19,134 nt of DNA from an uncultured Caulobacterales bacterium (GCA_964483775.1 CAZADA010000053.1:1-19134), one strand, 5' to 3'. Shown: positions 5,696 through 14,387, counted from the first letter of the stretch. Notes: generated by a model from the sequence alone, not told the origin. Program-made: numbers and translations.

Positions 5696-8600
5696 ATGGC
5701 AAGAGGGACCACCATGCCACGCAACACTTCGAAGGCTCGCCGCCGCGGCGGCGCAGGCTTACTCGCCGCCCTGGGCGGCTTGGCGTTTCTCGGCGACCGT
5801 GCGGCCGCCGAGCAAAACACTGGATTCACCGCCGCCAGCGAGATCGAAGGCGTCGATCAGATTCAACGCAACGCGGACGGCTCGGTCACTCTGATTACCG
5901 AGGACGGGCGGACGGCCACCATCCCGGCCGAACAGGTCAGCATCCAGGACGGTGCGGTGTTGATCGCCAACGAAGCGATCGCCAACGTCGAATTCAGCGA
6001 TGGCGGCAACAACGCTGTGCTGGTCGGTCTTGGCGTCGCCGCGGTGGCGGGCGGCATCGCGTTGGCGGCAAGCGACGATGATGATGACAATGACGTACCG
6101 GTCGACCCGATCGATCCCAACACCAACGACACCTTCGTTGTGAACGCGGTCAATGACGGCGAGACCATTGACGGCGGCGGCGACACCAACGGCGCCACAG
6201 CGACATCCGCTGATGACATTGCGACCGGCGACACCATCGACCTGTCGGGCCTGACCGAAGGCGTGAATGTGGACCTCGACAGCTCCAATCAAGGCGCGCT
6301 GAACAACGCGCCGGAGAGCCAAACCGGAGCGCTCATCCAGGGGGAGAACACCGTCACGCTCGAAAACATCGAGAATGTGATCGGCACCGATCAGGACGAC
6401 ACCTTGTTCGGCAACAACGAGGCGAACGTGATCCTGGGCGGCGCCGGGGATGACAACATCCACCCGTTCGGCGGAACCGACTTTGTCGATGGCGGCGAGG
6501 GTGTCGATACCCTCAACCTGTCGGCGGCCACCGGCGTCACCGTGGATTTGGAGGCCGGCGTGGCTGGTCCGAACACCTTCGTGAATTTCGAGAACGTGCT
6601 CGGCTCGGTGAACGGCGACGACCAGATCTTCGGCGACGACGGGGTGAACGTTCTGAACGGCCGCGATGGCGACGACCTGCTCAACGGCCGTGGCGGTGGC
6701 GATACGCTGATCGGCGGAGCCGGCCAGGACGTGTTCGCTTTCTCGGGCGATCCCTTCGACGGCGCGGACGTGTCGGCGGCGGGCCGGCAAATCATCGGAA
6801 ACGAGGACTTCATTGAAGACTTCGAGTTCGGCGTCGACACGTTGACGGTTCAGGTGGACAGCGCCCCGTCTTCAGCGGCCGTGCTCCAGGCGGCGCTCGA
6901 CGGCGACATCTACTACAACATCCACTCCAGCGACTTCCCGGCCGGCGAAGTCCGCGGCCAGCTCACTTTGGTCTCCGACGACCGTGACGAGAATGGCGTG
7001 GGGGATGTGACCTTCACCGCATCTCTGGACGGGGCCCAGGAGGTTCCGCCAGTGGCGACCGACGCTGCGGGCACGGGCGACATCACTTTTTCCGTCGCCG
7101 CCGACGGCACGGTGACCTACACGACCACGGTCGAACTGACGGATTTCGACATCGCCCGTCTTACTGTCGGCCACCTGCACCAGGCCCCAGTCGGCCAGAA
7201 TGGTCCAGTGGTTGAGGACATCCTCGCGGACGCCCGCAATGACGGCGAGATCGAAGGCGGTCTCATCGACTTCGACCGTTATCAGCTCGATGCGACGGAC
7301 TTCGGCGTGACCGACGATGTGGCCTTCGCGGCGGTTGACGCCAACGATCCCAACGCCACGATCCCGACCGGCGCCAATGTCATCGTTCTGCTGAACAGCG
7401 ACAACGACGCCGATCCGTCGACCCCCTTCCTCGCCGGCACGGCGGCGGGCCAGATCGCGGCCCTGGTCGACGAACCGGGCGCGGGCTTCTTCGTCTACTT
7501 TAATTCAAATCTCGAGGTGAACCGGCTCGTCTACTCGACCGATCTCTCGGATCCGACGGCTGATCTGAAGATCGTCTCCCGCCAGACCGATCTCACCGGT
7601 CAGGACGCCATCGACGCGCTTGCGAGCTTCTCGGCTGAGAACTTCGAGTTCGTGAACGTGGTTCCGACGGACGACACCTTCGTTGTGGGCGCGGTCGTCG
7701 ACGGCGACGAGATCATCGGCGGCCTCGACAACAATGTCGACGGCTCCGACGACGCCGGCGACATCGCCACGGGCGACACGATCGACCTGTCGACCCTCGG
7801 CGCCGGCGTGTCCGTGGACCTCGACGCCTCGAACCAGGGCGCCCTCAATCCCGCGCCTGAGAGCCAGTCCGGCACGCTCACGCAGGCTGGCGCGACGGTG
7901 ACGCTGACCGACGTGGAAAACGTCATCGGCACCGACTTCGACGACGTTCTGTTCGGCAACAATGAGAACAACGTCATTCTCGGCGGGGCCGGCAACGACA
8001 ACATCCACCCCTTCGGCGGTGTTGACTTCGTGGACGGCGGCGACGGCGTGGACACGCTGAACCTCTCGGCGGCCACCGGCGTGACGGTGGATCTTGAGAC
8101 CAGCTCGGTGGGTCCGAACACCTTCGTGAACTTCGAGAACGTGCTCGGCTCCGTGAACGGCGACGACACCATCCTCGGCGATGCGGAGGTCAATAACCTC
8201 AACGGCCGCGACGGCGACGACCTCCTGAACGGCCGAGGGGGCGCGGACGTCCTCACTGGCGGAACGGGCGCCGACGTGTTCGCTTTCGACGAGGCCGGCG
8301 TGAACGACGGCGCTCAGGAAGACGAGATCACGGATTTCGACTTCACGAACGATCGCTACCAGCTCGACTCCGGCAGCTTCGGCGTGGAAGGCGACGTCAC
8401 GTTCCAAAGCCTGGATGCGAACGCGGCCGGCGCAACCGTGGATCCGGACGCCAACGTCATCGTCCTGCTTAATGGCGACAATGACAGCGATCCGAGCACG
8501 GTGTTCAATGCTCGGTCAGCGGCGACGCAGATCGCTGATCTTGGCGGAGAGGGCGCTGGTTTCTTCGTCTACTTCAACAGCGCGCTGAACATTAATCGCT

Positions 8601-8932
8601 TGGTCTTCTCGGAAGATCTCGCCGACGCCGACGCCGCGCTGCAGATCGTGTCGCGTCAGACAGACCTCACCGGCCAAGACGCCATCGACGCCCTGGCCAA
8701 CTTCTCCGAAGACAACTTCGCCTTCGTCAATGTCGACACCGCCGCCGCAGCCCCAGCGAGCACCGATGTGGCGTTCGTGTCGTTGACCGACGGGGACGAG
8801 ACCGACCTTCGCACCGTCAACGACGCCAAAGACGTGATGGCTGAAGCGTCAAACGCCCCGGCAGGCGCGCACGAACACGCCGACGTCGACGCCGCGCCAA
8901 CCCCGCTGCCTGAAAGCAGCGACGGCTGGTAG
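5696..8932 (+). CDS. Large RTX-type calcium-binding repeat protein (1078 aa) with CHRD-like motifs; putative type I secretion substrate
   Basis: Many GGxGxDxUx nonapeptide repeats (LGGAGDDNIHPFGGTDFVDGGEGVDTL; LNGRDGDDLLNGRGGGDTLIGGAGQDVFAF). CHRD-like segments (AALDGDIYYNIHSSDFPAGEVRGQL; LDGAQEVPPVATDAAGTGD...VGHLHQAPVGQNGPVV). It sits immediately upstream of the ABC/HlyD/TolC genes. An alternative start at ATG 5714 has a GAGGGA RBS. The N-terminus is signal-peptide-like (RRRGGAGLLAALGGLAFLGDRAAA), followed by a second hydrophobic helix and a DDDDDND tract. Confidence 0.85.
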   Translation: MARGTTMPRNTSKARRRGGAGLLAALGGLAFLGDRAAAEQNTGFTAASEIEGVDQIQRNADGSVTLITEDGRTATIPAEQVSIQDGAVLIANEAIANVEFSDGGNNAVLVGLGVAAVAGGIALAASDDDDDNDVPVDPIDPNTNDTFVVNAVNDGETIDGGGDTNGATATSADDIATGDTIDLSGLTEGVNVDLDSSNQGALNNAPESQTGALIQGENTVTLENIENVIGTDQDDTLFGNNEANVILGGAGDDNIHPFGGTDFVDGGEGVDTLNLSAATGVTVDLEAGVAGPNTFVNFENVLGSVNGDDQIFGDDGVNVLNGRDGDDLLNGRGGGDTLIGGAGQDVFAFSGDPFDGADVSAAGRQIIGNEDFIEDFEFGVDTLTVQVDSAPSSAAVLQAALDGDIYYNIHSSDFPAGEVRGQLTLVSDDRDENGVGDVTFTASLDGAQEVPPVATDAAGTGDITFSVAADGTVTYTTTVELTDFDIARLTVGHLHQAPVGQNGPVVEDILADARNDGEIEGGLIDFDRYQLDATDFGVTDDVAFAAVDANDPNATIPTGANVIVLLNSDNDADPSTPFLAGTAAGQIAALVDEPGAGFFVYFNSNLEVNRLVYSTDLSDPTADLKIVSRQTDLTGQDAIDALASFSAENFEFVNVVPTDDTFVVGAVVDGDEIIGGLDNNVDGSDDAGDIATGDTIDLSTLGAGVSVDLDASNQGALNPAPESQSGTLTQAGATVTLTDVENVIGTDFDDVLFGNNENNVILGGAGNDNIHPFGGVDFVDGGDGVDTLNLSAATGVTVDLETSSVGPNTFVNFENVLGSVNGDDTILGDAEVNNLNGRDGDDLLNGRGGADVLTGGTGADVFAFDEAGVNDGAQEDEITDFDFTNDRYQLDSGSFGVEGDVTFQSLDANAAGATVDPDANVIVLLNGDNDSDPSTVFNARSAATQIADLGGEGAGFFVYFNSALNINRLVFSEDLADADAALQIVSRQTDLTGQDAIDALANFSEDNFAFVNVDTAAAAPASTDVAFVSLTDGDETDLRTVNDAKDVMAEASNAPAGAHEHADVDAAPTPLPESSDGW
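6128..6745 (+). repeat. Intragenic repeat A1 (RTX beta-roll module), diverged direct repeat of 7674-8292
   Basis: The peptide DTFVVNAV...GGAGQDVFAF aligns residue-for-residue with DTFVVGAV...GGTGADVFAF. Sampled DNA stretches are ~80% identical. Coordinates are approximate. Confidence 0.6.
7262..7668 (+). repeat. Intragenic repeat B1 (post-RTX 'DRYQLD...FFVYFNS...IVSRQTDLTGQDAIDAL' module), copy of 8338-8733
   Basis: DFDRYQLDATDFGV...ANVIVLLNSDNDADPST...AGFFVYFNSNLEVNRLVYS...LKIVSRQTDLTGQDAIDALASFSAENFEFVNV aligns with DRYQLDSGSFGV...ANVIVLLNGDNDSDPST...AGFFVYFNSALNINRLVFS...LQIVSRQTDLTGQDAIDALANFSEDNFAFVNV. Confidence 0.6.
7674..8292 (+). repeat. Intragenic repeat A2 (RTX beta-roll module), copy of 6128-6745
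   Basis: See A1. Confidence 0.6.
8338..8733 (+). repeat. Intragenic repeat B2, copy of 7262-7668
   Basis: See B1. Confidence 0.6.
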
Positions 8933-8942
8933 CCGACCTTGT

Positions 8943-8975
8943 CCCCGGGGCATGTCCCCCCTCTCTGCCCCGGGG
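8943..8975 (+). terminator. Stem-loop (10-bp stem CCCCGGGGCA/TGCCCCGGGG, 13-nt loop) followed by ATCATTTGT, between the RTX gene and the ABC gene; putative intrinsic terminator/attenuator
   Basis: Read directly from the sequence. It starts 11 bp after the RTX stop and lies 44 bp before the ABC start. This is the classic position of the substrate-transporter attenuator in T1SS operons. Confidence 0.45.
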
Positions 8976-9018
8976 ATCATTTGTCAACTCACTCCCAGCA
9001 GCTTGAAGGACGCCATCC

Positions 9019-10749
9019 ATGTCCAGTTCTCCGCAACGCATCGGCGTATTTTCATGGCTCGCCAAGCTGCGCAACGAAACGCGCGGGTCCTTCACCTTGA
9101 TCCTCGCCTTTAGCCTGGTCGCCAATCTGTTGTTATTGGTGGCCCCGCTTTACATGTTGCAGGTCTATGATCGGGTGCTGGTCTCGGGATCCACCGACAC
9201 CTTGATTTGGCTGACATTGCTCGCGGTGTTTTTGCTCAGCGTCTATGGCGCAGCAGAAGCGGGGCGTCGGCGCGTTTGCGGACTGGCCGGCGCGAAGTTG
9301 GAAGCCCGCGTGTCCAAACGGGTCTTCCAACGGTTTGAAAACGCCATGGGGCCCGGCGCGCGCCTTTCCGGCCAGCTGCACACCGTCGCCCGCGTCCAGG
9401 GCGTGTTTCAGAACAACACCCTTTTGCCGTTTTTCGACTTGCCATTCGCGCCGTTGTTTTTGGGCGTGATGTTCTTGATCCACCCTTCGCTCGGGCTGTT
9501 GGGGTTAAGTGGTGCGGGGTTGATTTTCATCGTCGCGATCATCGCCGAATTGAGCACGCGGCGATCGAGCGAACTCGCCTCATCACGCAGCGCACAGGCG
9601 CTCGAGTTCGCCGCAGGCCTTGACCGACAACGCTCAGCGATCGTGGCCATGGGCCTTGCCGGCCCGGTGTTTGGCCGGTGGGCGGAAATCAAAGCGGCCG
9701 GTCGCGGACAAGGTTTGCGGGCGGCCAAGCGCGACGCGTTTTTCACCGCGTCGGCGCGGTCAACGCGGCAAATCCTCCAAATCTTGATCCTCGGCGCCGG
9801 CGCCGCGTTGGCGCTGGCCCAACAGATTTCTCCAGGGGCGATTGTCGCAGCATCGATCATTTTGTCCCGCGCGCTAGCCCCCATCGACCAAATCGTCGGC
9901 GGCTGGCGGTCGCTCACCCAATCGCGCCAGGCCTGGGCGGACTTGCAGCACAGCTTGGCCGACGACACCGAGCCGGCACAGTACACCGAGCTGCCGCGTC
10001 CCGACGCGCACCTCCAGATCGACCGATTGTCCGTGGTCACACCGGGGCGCAGCGCCACTTTGATCCGTCCGTTCAGTTTTGAAGCGACAGGCGGACAACT
10101 GATCGCCGTGGTCGGCGACAATGGTTCGGGTAAGACAACGCTATTGCAGACCTTGGCGAGCGCCTGGCCGCCAGGGTCGGGCGCGGTGTCGCTAGGCGGA
10201 CGATCAGTTCACGAATGGCCCCACGCCGACCGCGGTCCGTATGTCGGCTATGTGCCGCAAGATGTTGAGCTCTTGCCGGCCACAGCGGCCGCCAACATCG
10301 CCCGGTTGGGCGCGCTTCAGTCGGACGCCGTGGTCGACGCGGCGCGGCGGGCGGGCGCTCACGCCACAATCCTCAGCCTCAGCGACGGCTACGACACGCT
10401 TGTCGGCCCTGGCGGCGCCCATTTGTCGGCCGGACAACGCCAGCTCATCGGCCTGGCGCGCGCGCTGTATAACGATCCAGTCTTGCTGTTGTTGGATGAA
10501 CCGACCGCCAATCTCGACGCTCAAACCGCCGCGGCCGTGTGCGCCACCTTGCGAGAGACCGCGGCGCACAACGCGATTGTGATCGCGGCGACCCATGACG
10601 AGCGCCTCATCGGCGTGGCCGACATTGTGCTGGTCGTCCGTCACGGCGCGGTCATGGCCGCCGCCCCCGATCAGGTTCTCGCCGTCAACGAACGGCAAAC
10701 GCCGACGCCGCTGTTCCCCAACACCGTTCAAAGAACACGAGGTGCGTGA
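9019..10749 (+). CDS. Type I secretion system ABC transporter ATPase/permease (PrtD/HasD type, no C39 peptidase domain)
   Basis: N-terminal LYMLQVYDRVLVSGSTDTL signature of T1SS ABC proteins. TM region then NBD with Walker A GDNGSGKTT, Q-loop, signature LSAGQRQ (A for the usual G), Walker B LLLLDEP and H-loop ATHD. AAGGA RBS 8 nt upstream. Confidence 0.85.
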   Translation: MSSSPQRIGVFSWLAKLRNETRGSFTLILAFSLVANLLLLVAPLYMLQVYDRVLVSGSTDTLIWLTLLAVFLLSVYGAAEAGRRRVCGLAGAKLEARVSKRVFQRFENAMGPGARLSGQLHTVARVQGVFQNNTLLPFFDLPFAPLFLGVMFLIHPSLGLLGLSGAGLIFIVAIIAELSTRRSSELASSRSAQALEFAAGLDRQRSAIVAMGLAGPVFGRWAEIKAAGRGQGLRAAKRDAFFTASARSTRQILQILILGAGAALALAQQISPGAIVAASIILSRALAPIDQIVGGWRSLTQSRQAWADLQHSLADDTEPAQYTELPRPDAHLQIDRLSVVTPGRSATLIRPFSFEATGGQLIAVVGDNGSGKTTLLQTLASAWPPGSGAVSLGGRSVHEWPHADRGPYVGYVPQDVELLPATAAANIARLGALQSDAVVDAARRAGAHATILSLSDGYDTLVGPGGAHLSAGQRQLIGLARALYNDPVLLLLDEPTANLDAQTAAAVCATLRETAAHNAIVIAATHDERLIGVADIVLVVRHGAVMAAAPDQVLAVNERQTPTPLFPNTVQRTRGA

Positions 10750-12053
10750 TGATTGATCCGCTCAATCCGCCGGTCAAAGACCGGTTCACGATCGCAATGG
10801 CGCTTGTGTGCCTGATAGGGTTTGGCGGTTTTGTCGCGTGGGCGGCGCTGGCGCCGTTGGAAGAGGGCGTGGCGGCGGCTGGACAGATGGTCGTGGAGAC
10901 CGACCGCCAGGTCGTTCAACACCTCGAAGGCGGCATCATTCGCGACCTCAACGTCAAGGAAGGCGATCTGGTCGTCGCTGGCGATGTTCTGGTGGTGCTT
11001 GAGGACACAGCCGCCCTCGCGCGTCGAGATCAGGTCCTGCAAAACCTTGCTGCGCTCATCGCCACGGTGTCCCGCCTGCGCGCCTTGCAATCGGGCGCGG
11101 ACACGGTCGCGTTCGCCGTGCTCGACACGTGGAGCTTGGGCGACGCCGAGCGGGCCGACATCATCGAGCGCGAAACCAGCCTGTTTGATCAACAACGCGG
11201 CTCGGCCCGCGCAGATATGGCGGTGCTGAGCGCCCGCCGCGACGCGGCGCTGACGACCCAAAGCTTGAGAGCGCAGGAAATCGCCTTCACAGAACAGGCG
11301 TTGACCGCGGCGCAAGAAGAACTCGCTCTCGCCCGAGATCTTGCCGCCGAACAACTGGCGCGACGCGATCAAGTCAGCGGCCTGCAGCGGTCTGTGGCGA
11401 CGCTTGAGAGCGAAATCGCCCGCTTGACCAGCGAGCGCGAACAGGCGGGCGCGCAAGCGCGTGATCTCGATGGGCAGATCGCACAAACTGAAGCTGATTT
11501 TCAACGCGATGTGTCCGCGCAGTTGCGCGATGCGCGCGCCGATGTGTTGGCGGCTGAGGAAAGTCTCAGCGCGGCCCAAGATGTGCTGGACCGCGCGGTG
11601 ATCCGCGCGCCGGTGTCGGGCCAAGTGTTGAACCTAGCGTTTTCGACCCGCGGCGGGGTTATTCGTCCTGGCGACACGCTTTTGGAGATTGTGCCGGAGG
11701 TTGAAACCTTGACGGCGTCTGTGCGCATTCGGCCGGCTGATCGAGCCTCGGTGTATGTCGGCCAACCGGTGCGTACGCGCGTGCTAGCGTATCGCAGCTG
11801 GCGGGCCCCGCGGCTGCAGGGCGAGATCGTCACCATCAGCGCTGATCTCAAAAACGATCCACAAACAGGCGCGCTCTATTACGACGCGCGGATCAGGATC
11901 CCTCATGACGAAGCAACAAAAGCATCTGAACTTGAGATCACGCCGGGAATGCCAGTAGAGGCCTTCCTGTTTTCTGGATCAAGCCGAACAACTCTCGATT
12001 ACATATTTGAGCCGATTGCGGAATCCATGTTTCGCGGCTTTCGGACCTCTTAG
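10746..12053 (+). CDS. Type I secretion periplasmic adaptor (HlyD-family membrane fusion protein)
   Basis: N-terminal TM, then LAPLEEGVAAAGQMVVETDRQVVQHLEGGIIRDLNVKEGDLVVAGDVLVVLEDT and long coiled-coil (Q/A/R/E-rich) segments typical of HlyD. The start GTG 10746 or ATG 10749 overlaps the ABC stop (GTGATG). Confidence 0.85.
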   Translation: MMIDPLNPPVKDRFTIAMALVCLIGFGGFVAWAALAPLEEGVAAAGQMVVETDRQVVQHLEGGIIRDLNVKEGDLVVAGDVLVVLEDTAALARRDQVLQNLAALIATVSRLRALQSGADTVAFAVLDTWSLGDAERADIIERETSLFDQQRGSARADMAVLSARRDAALTTQSLRAQEIAFTEQALTAAQEELALARDLAAEQLARRDQVSGLQRSVATLESEIARLTSEREQAGAQARDLDGQIAQTEADFQRDVSAQLRDARADVLAAEESLSAAQDVLDRAVIRAPVSGQVLNLAFSTRGGVIRPGDTLLEIVPEVETLTASVRIRPADRASVYVGQPVRTRVLAYRSWRAPRLQGEIVTISADLKNDPQTGALYYDARIRIPHDEATKASELEITPGMPVEAFLFSGSSRTTLDYIFEPIAESMFRGFRTS

Positions 12054-12073
12054 CGCCCATCGGACGGGGACCC

Positions 12074-13420
12074 ATGATGCTGACACCTTTCTTGACAGCC
12101 GCCATGACGGCCACTTGCGCGGCGATCGCCACCGCGATCCCAGCCATGGCGCAAGACGCCGACGCCTGCCTGCTGCTCAACGACGCGATGGAACGGGCAG
12201 CGTTGCGTGACCCTGGCGCCGACCTTGCGGCGGCCCAACGCGACGCCGCTGCCGCCAATGTGAGCGACGCGCGAGCATTGCGCCGCCCGCAAGTGTCTGC
12301 GTTTGGCCGCACAGGGATTGGCGACTCCGACCTGGTCGAAAACCGAATTGAGAACCAAGTCGGCTTGCGCGTCTCCCAACGGGTGTTTGATTTCGGCGAT
12401 TCCGCATTTGCACGCCGGGCGGCGCTGGAAAGCGTCGCGGCGAGCGAGTTCACCATGGCGGCGGCCAAACAGGACGCCGCGCTTCGCGCAGGTCTCGCCT
12501 TTTTCACCGTCCAAGAGGCCTATGCCAGTTTGATCGCCACCCAAGAGCGCACGGCGTACTTTCGGCGCGAGCTTGGCGCGGTTGAGGCGCTGCTGGCGCG
12601 CGGCGGCGCCACGCGGCCCGAACGTGCAGAAGTCGCCGCCGAACTGGCCGCTTCCCAGGCGCTGACTCTGGAATGGGAGTTCATACGCGACCGAGCGATG
12701 ACCCAGGTGGCGCTCGCCGCCGAGCTGGACACACCGCCGTGTGCGAACGGGGATCGTCATGCCGCCGATCTGGGCGATGTCGGCCTGCAGCCAGCACAGG
12801 TTTCAGTACGCGACGCGATGACGCGCAATCCGACCGTGCGCGCGCTCGGTCGGGAAATCGACAGCCTAACGGCGAGCCGTGATCGCGAACGGCGCAATCG
12901 CCTGCCGGTGTTGGATGTGGTGGGCGTGGCCGCCTACACCTATGACGATTTCACCGGTGCTTGGGAGTTGCGCGATCGGGTCGGGGTTGACGTGTCGGTC
13001 CCGATTTACTCCGGCGCCGCGTTGCGCGCGCAGGTCGAACGGGCGGATGCGCGACTGTCGGAGGCGGTCGCCCGCAGGCGCGCAGCCGAACGTCAGCTTG
13101 AACAAGACGTTCGCATTGCCCACCGCCGTGTGGCGTCGTTGGCTGAACAATATGTGTTTCGCCGCCGGGTCGAGATCGAAAAGTCCAACCAATTCGCCGC
13201 GGCCGAACGCGAACATGAGCGCGGTTTGTTGACGCTCCCGGACCTTGTGGAGATCCGACTGGAATTTGAGGACGCCGCCCTGGCGGCCATCCGCGCACAC
13301 TACGATCTGCAGCGCCAGCGGCTGCAACTGGCGTCTTTGACGGGCGGCCTTGCTCAACATCTCGCCCTCAACGAGCCGGCCGAGGATCCCACACGGTTTG
13401 CGACCCTCATCTTGGAATAA
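12074..13420 (+). CDS. TolC-family outer-membrane efflux protein, T1SS outer-membrane component
   Basis: Signal peptide MMLTPFLTAAMTATCAAIATAIPAMA|QDA. Two-repeat alpha-helical/beta-barrel OEP-like pattern. Position directly after ABC+HlyD. The start could also be ATG 12077. Confidence 0.75.
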   Translation: MMLTPFLTAAMTATCAAIATAIPAMAQDADACLLLNDAMERAALRDPGADLAAAQRDAAAANVSDARALRRPQVSAFGRTGIGDSDLVENRIENQVGLRVSQRVFDFGDSAFARRAALESVAASEFTMAAAKQDAALRAGLAFFTVQEAYASLIATQERTAYFRRELGAVEALLARGGATRPERAEVAAELAASQALTLEWEFIRDRAMTQVALAAELDTPPCANGDRHAADLGDVGLQPAQVSVRDAMTRNPTVRALGREIDSLTASRDRERRNRLPVLDVVGVAAYTYDDFTGAWELRDRVGVDVSVPIYSGAALRAQVERADARLSEAVARRRAAERQLEQDVRIAHRRVASLAEQYVFRRRVEIEKSNQFAAAEREHERGLLTLPDLVEIRLEFEDAALAAIRAHYDLQRQRLQLASLTGGLAQHLALNEPAEDPTRFATLILE

Positions 13421-13470
13421 GGGTTCACCAGTCCCCGCGGCGCTTTCACCCGTCACGCGCGCCGTTGGGA

Positions 13471-13507
13471 TGGCGCCGACCTCGATCTTCCCTTGAGGTC
13501 GGCGCCA
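13471..13507. terminator. Perfect 12-bp GC-rich stem (GGCGCCGACCTC / GAGGTCGGCGCC) with an 11-nt loop between the convergent tolC-like and anti-sigma genes; putative bidirectional terminator
   Basis: Read directly from the sequence. There is no U-tract on either side, which is common in high-GC genomes. Confidence 0.4.
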
Positions 13508-13529
13508 CCAAATTGGCCATCAGCAAAAT

Positions 13530-14387
13530 CTAGATGAAGCGGTCGGCGAGCGTCTCAGCCAGGCTCTCAAGCTCCGCCGTTGGGCGATCGCCGATCACAA
13601 GATAGCCGCGCGGCTGAACATCCCACAGCACCGCGTTGAGATCGCGGGCGCTTGCGGCGCGGAAACTCACCGGCGCGCCATCAGGCTCGCGGCCAGTGCG
13701 GAAGATCACACAAAACGCTACCGGCGTGCCGTCCTCATGAGTGTAGGCCAACTGCGCCAAGGGAAGTCCGTTGAGCTGCAACAACTCCGCCCGCTGAAGG
13801 GTGAGGTTAGGCAGGTCGGCGGCCAGAGCCAGATCGACTCCCACAGCATCGCTCACGCGTTGGATTTGGCCGGCCAGTTCGCCCGCATCGACCACGGTCT
13901 CGGCGAAGGTATCCGTGTTGAACAGCGCGACATAATCGGCCACCGCCATCATCCAGGTGCGCGGAGCCGGTTCGATCTCGACTTCGACAATTTGCGTCGG
14001 CCCCGGCACGGGAACTTCGCGCGCCGGCGGCGCGAGCGGACCGCGGCCAATGAACACACCGGTGGTCAAAACGGCGGCGATACCGGCCGCCAGGGCCGCC
14101 CATTCGCGCGCGCGCCGCGGATTTTTTGGATCGTCAGCATAGCTCGCTGCGGCTCGTTCGGCGGCCGCCAGACGTTCGACAAGCGCCTCGCTCGGCGCGT
14201 TTTGCAAGACAAGGTCGAAAGCGGGACGAACCAACTCAGCAAAATCATCCAACGCCATCAGCCGCGTTTGCAGCGCATCATCGGCGTCAACTTCAAGGGC
14301 CGCGTCGATTTCGGCGCGCAAGACATCGTCGGCCTCGTCATCGAGATACGCCCGCAGCTGTTCGTCGGTGAACCGGAGACTGCTCAT
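13530..14387 (-). CDS. Transmembrane anti-sigma factor partner of the adjacent ECF sigma
   Basis: The true start MSSLRFTDEQLRAYLDDEADDVLRAEIDAAL... (ATG comp 14385-14387) overlaps the sigma-factor stop as ATGA. A single TM helix (WAALAAGIAAVLTTGVFIG) is followed by a ~130-aa extracytoplasmic domain. The table ORF (to 14519) carries a 44-aa artefactual extension. Confidence 0.6.
   Translation of the reverse strand: MSSLRFTDEQLRAYLDDEADDVLRAEIDAALEVDADDALQTRLMALDDFAELVRPAFDLVLQNAPSEALVERLAAAERAAASYADDPKNPRRAREWAALAAGIAAVLTTGVFIGRGPLAPPAREVPVPGPTQIVEVEIEPAPRTWMMAVADYVALFNTDTFAETVVDAGELAGQIQRVSDAVGVDLALAADLPNLTLQRAELLQLNGLPLAQLAYTHEDGTPVAFCVIFRTGREPDGAPVSFRAASARDLNAVLWDVQPRGYLVIGDRPTAELESLAETLADRFI

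Noticed and set aside
5759-6790. 343-aa minus-strand ORF (also 5863-6288, 6391-6840, 7505-8407, 7600-8256 minus) inside the RTX gene
   Set aside because: These are antisense to a gene with unmistakable RTX/CHRD homology. Their translations are low-complexity (A/V/G/R-rich) and lack starts with RBS support. Open antisense frames are expected in >60% GC repeat DNA.
5696-8932. Could the periodic nonapeptide-encoding repeats be a CRISPR array or minisatellite?
   Set aside because: The periodicity is 27 nt at the protein-motif level (GGxGxDxUx) inside one long ORF with diverged copies. There are no identical direct repeats separated by unique spacers and no cas genes.
9408-12760. Long minus-strand ORFs 9408-10121, 10204-10731, 10728-11624, 11938-12507, 12050-12760 and 12866-13456
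   Set aside because: All are antisense to the ABC, HlyD and TolC genes, which have strong family signatures. None has a recognisable domain or a convincing start.
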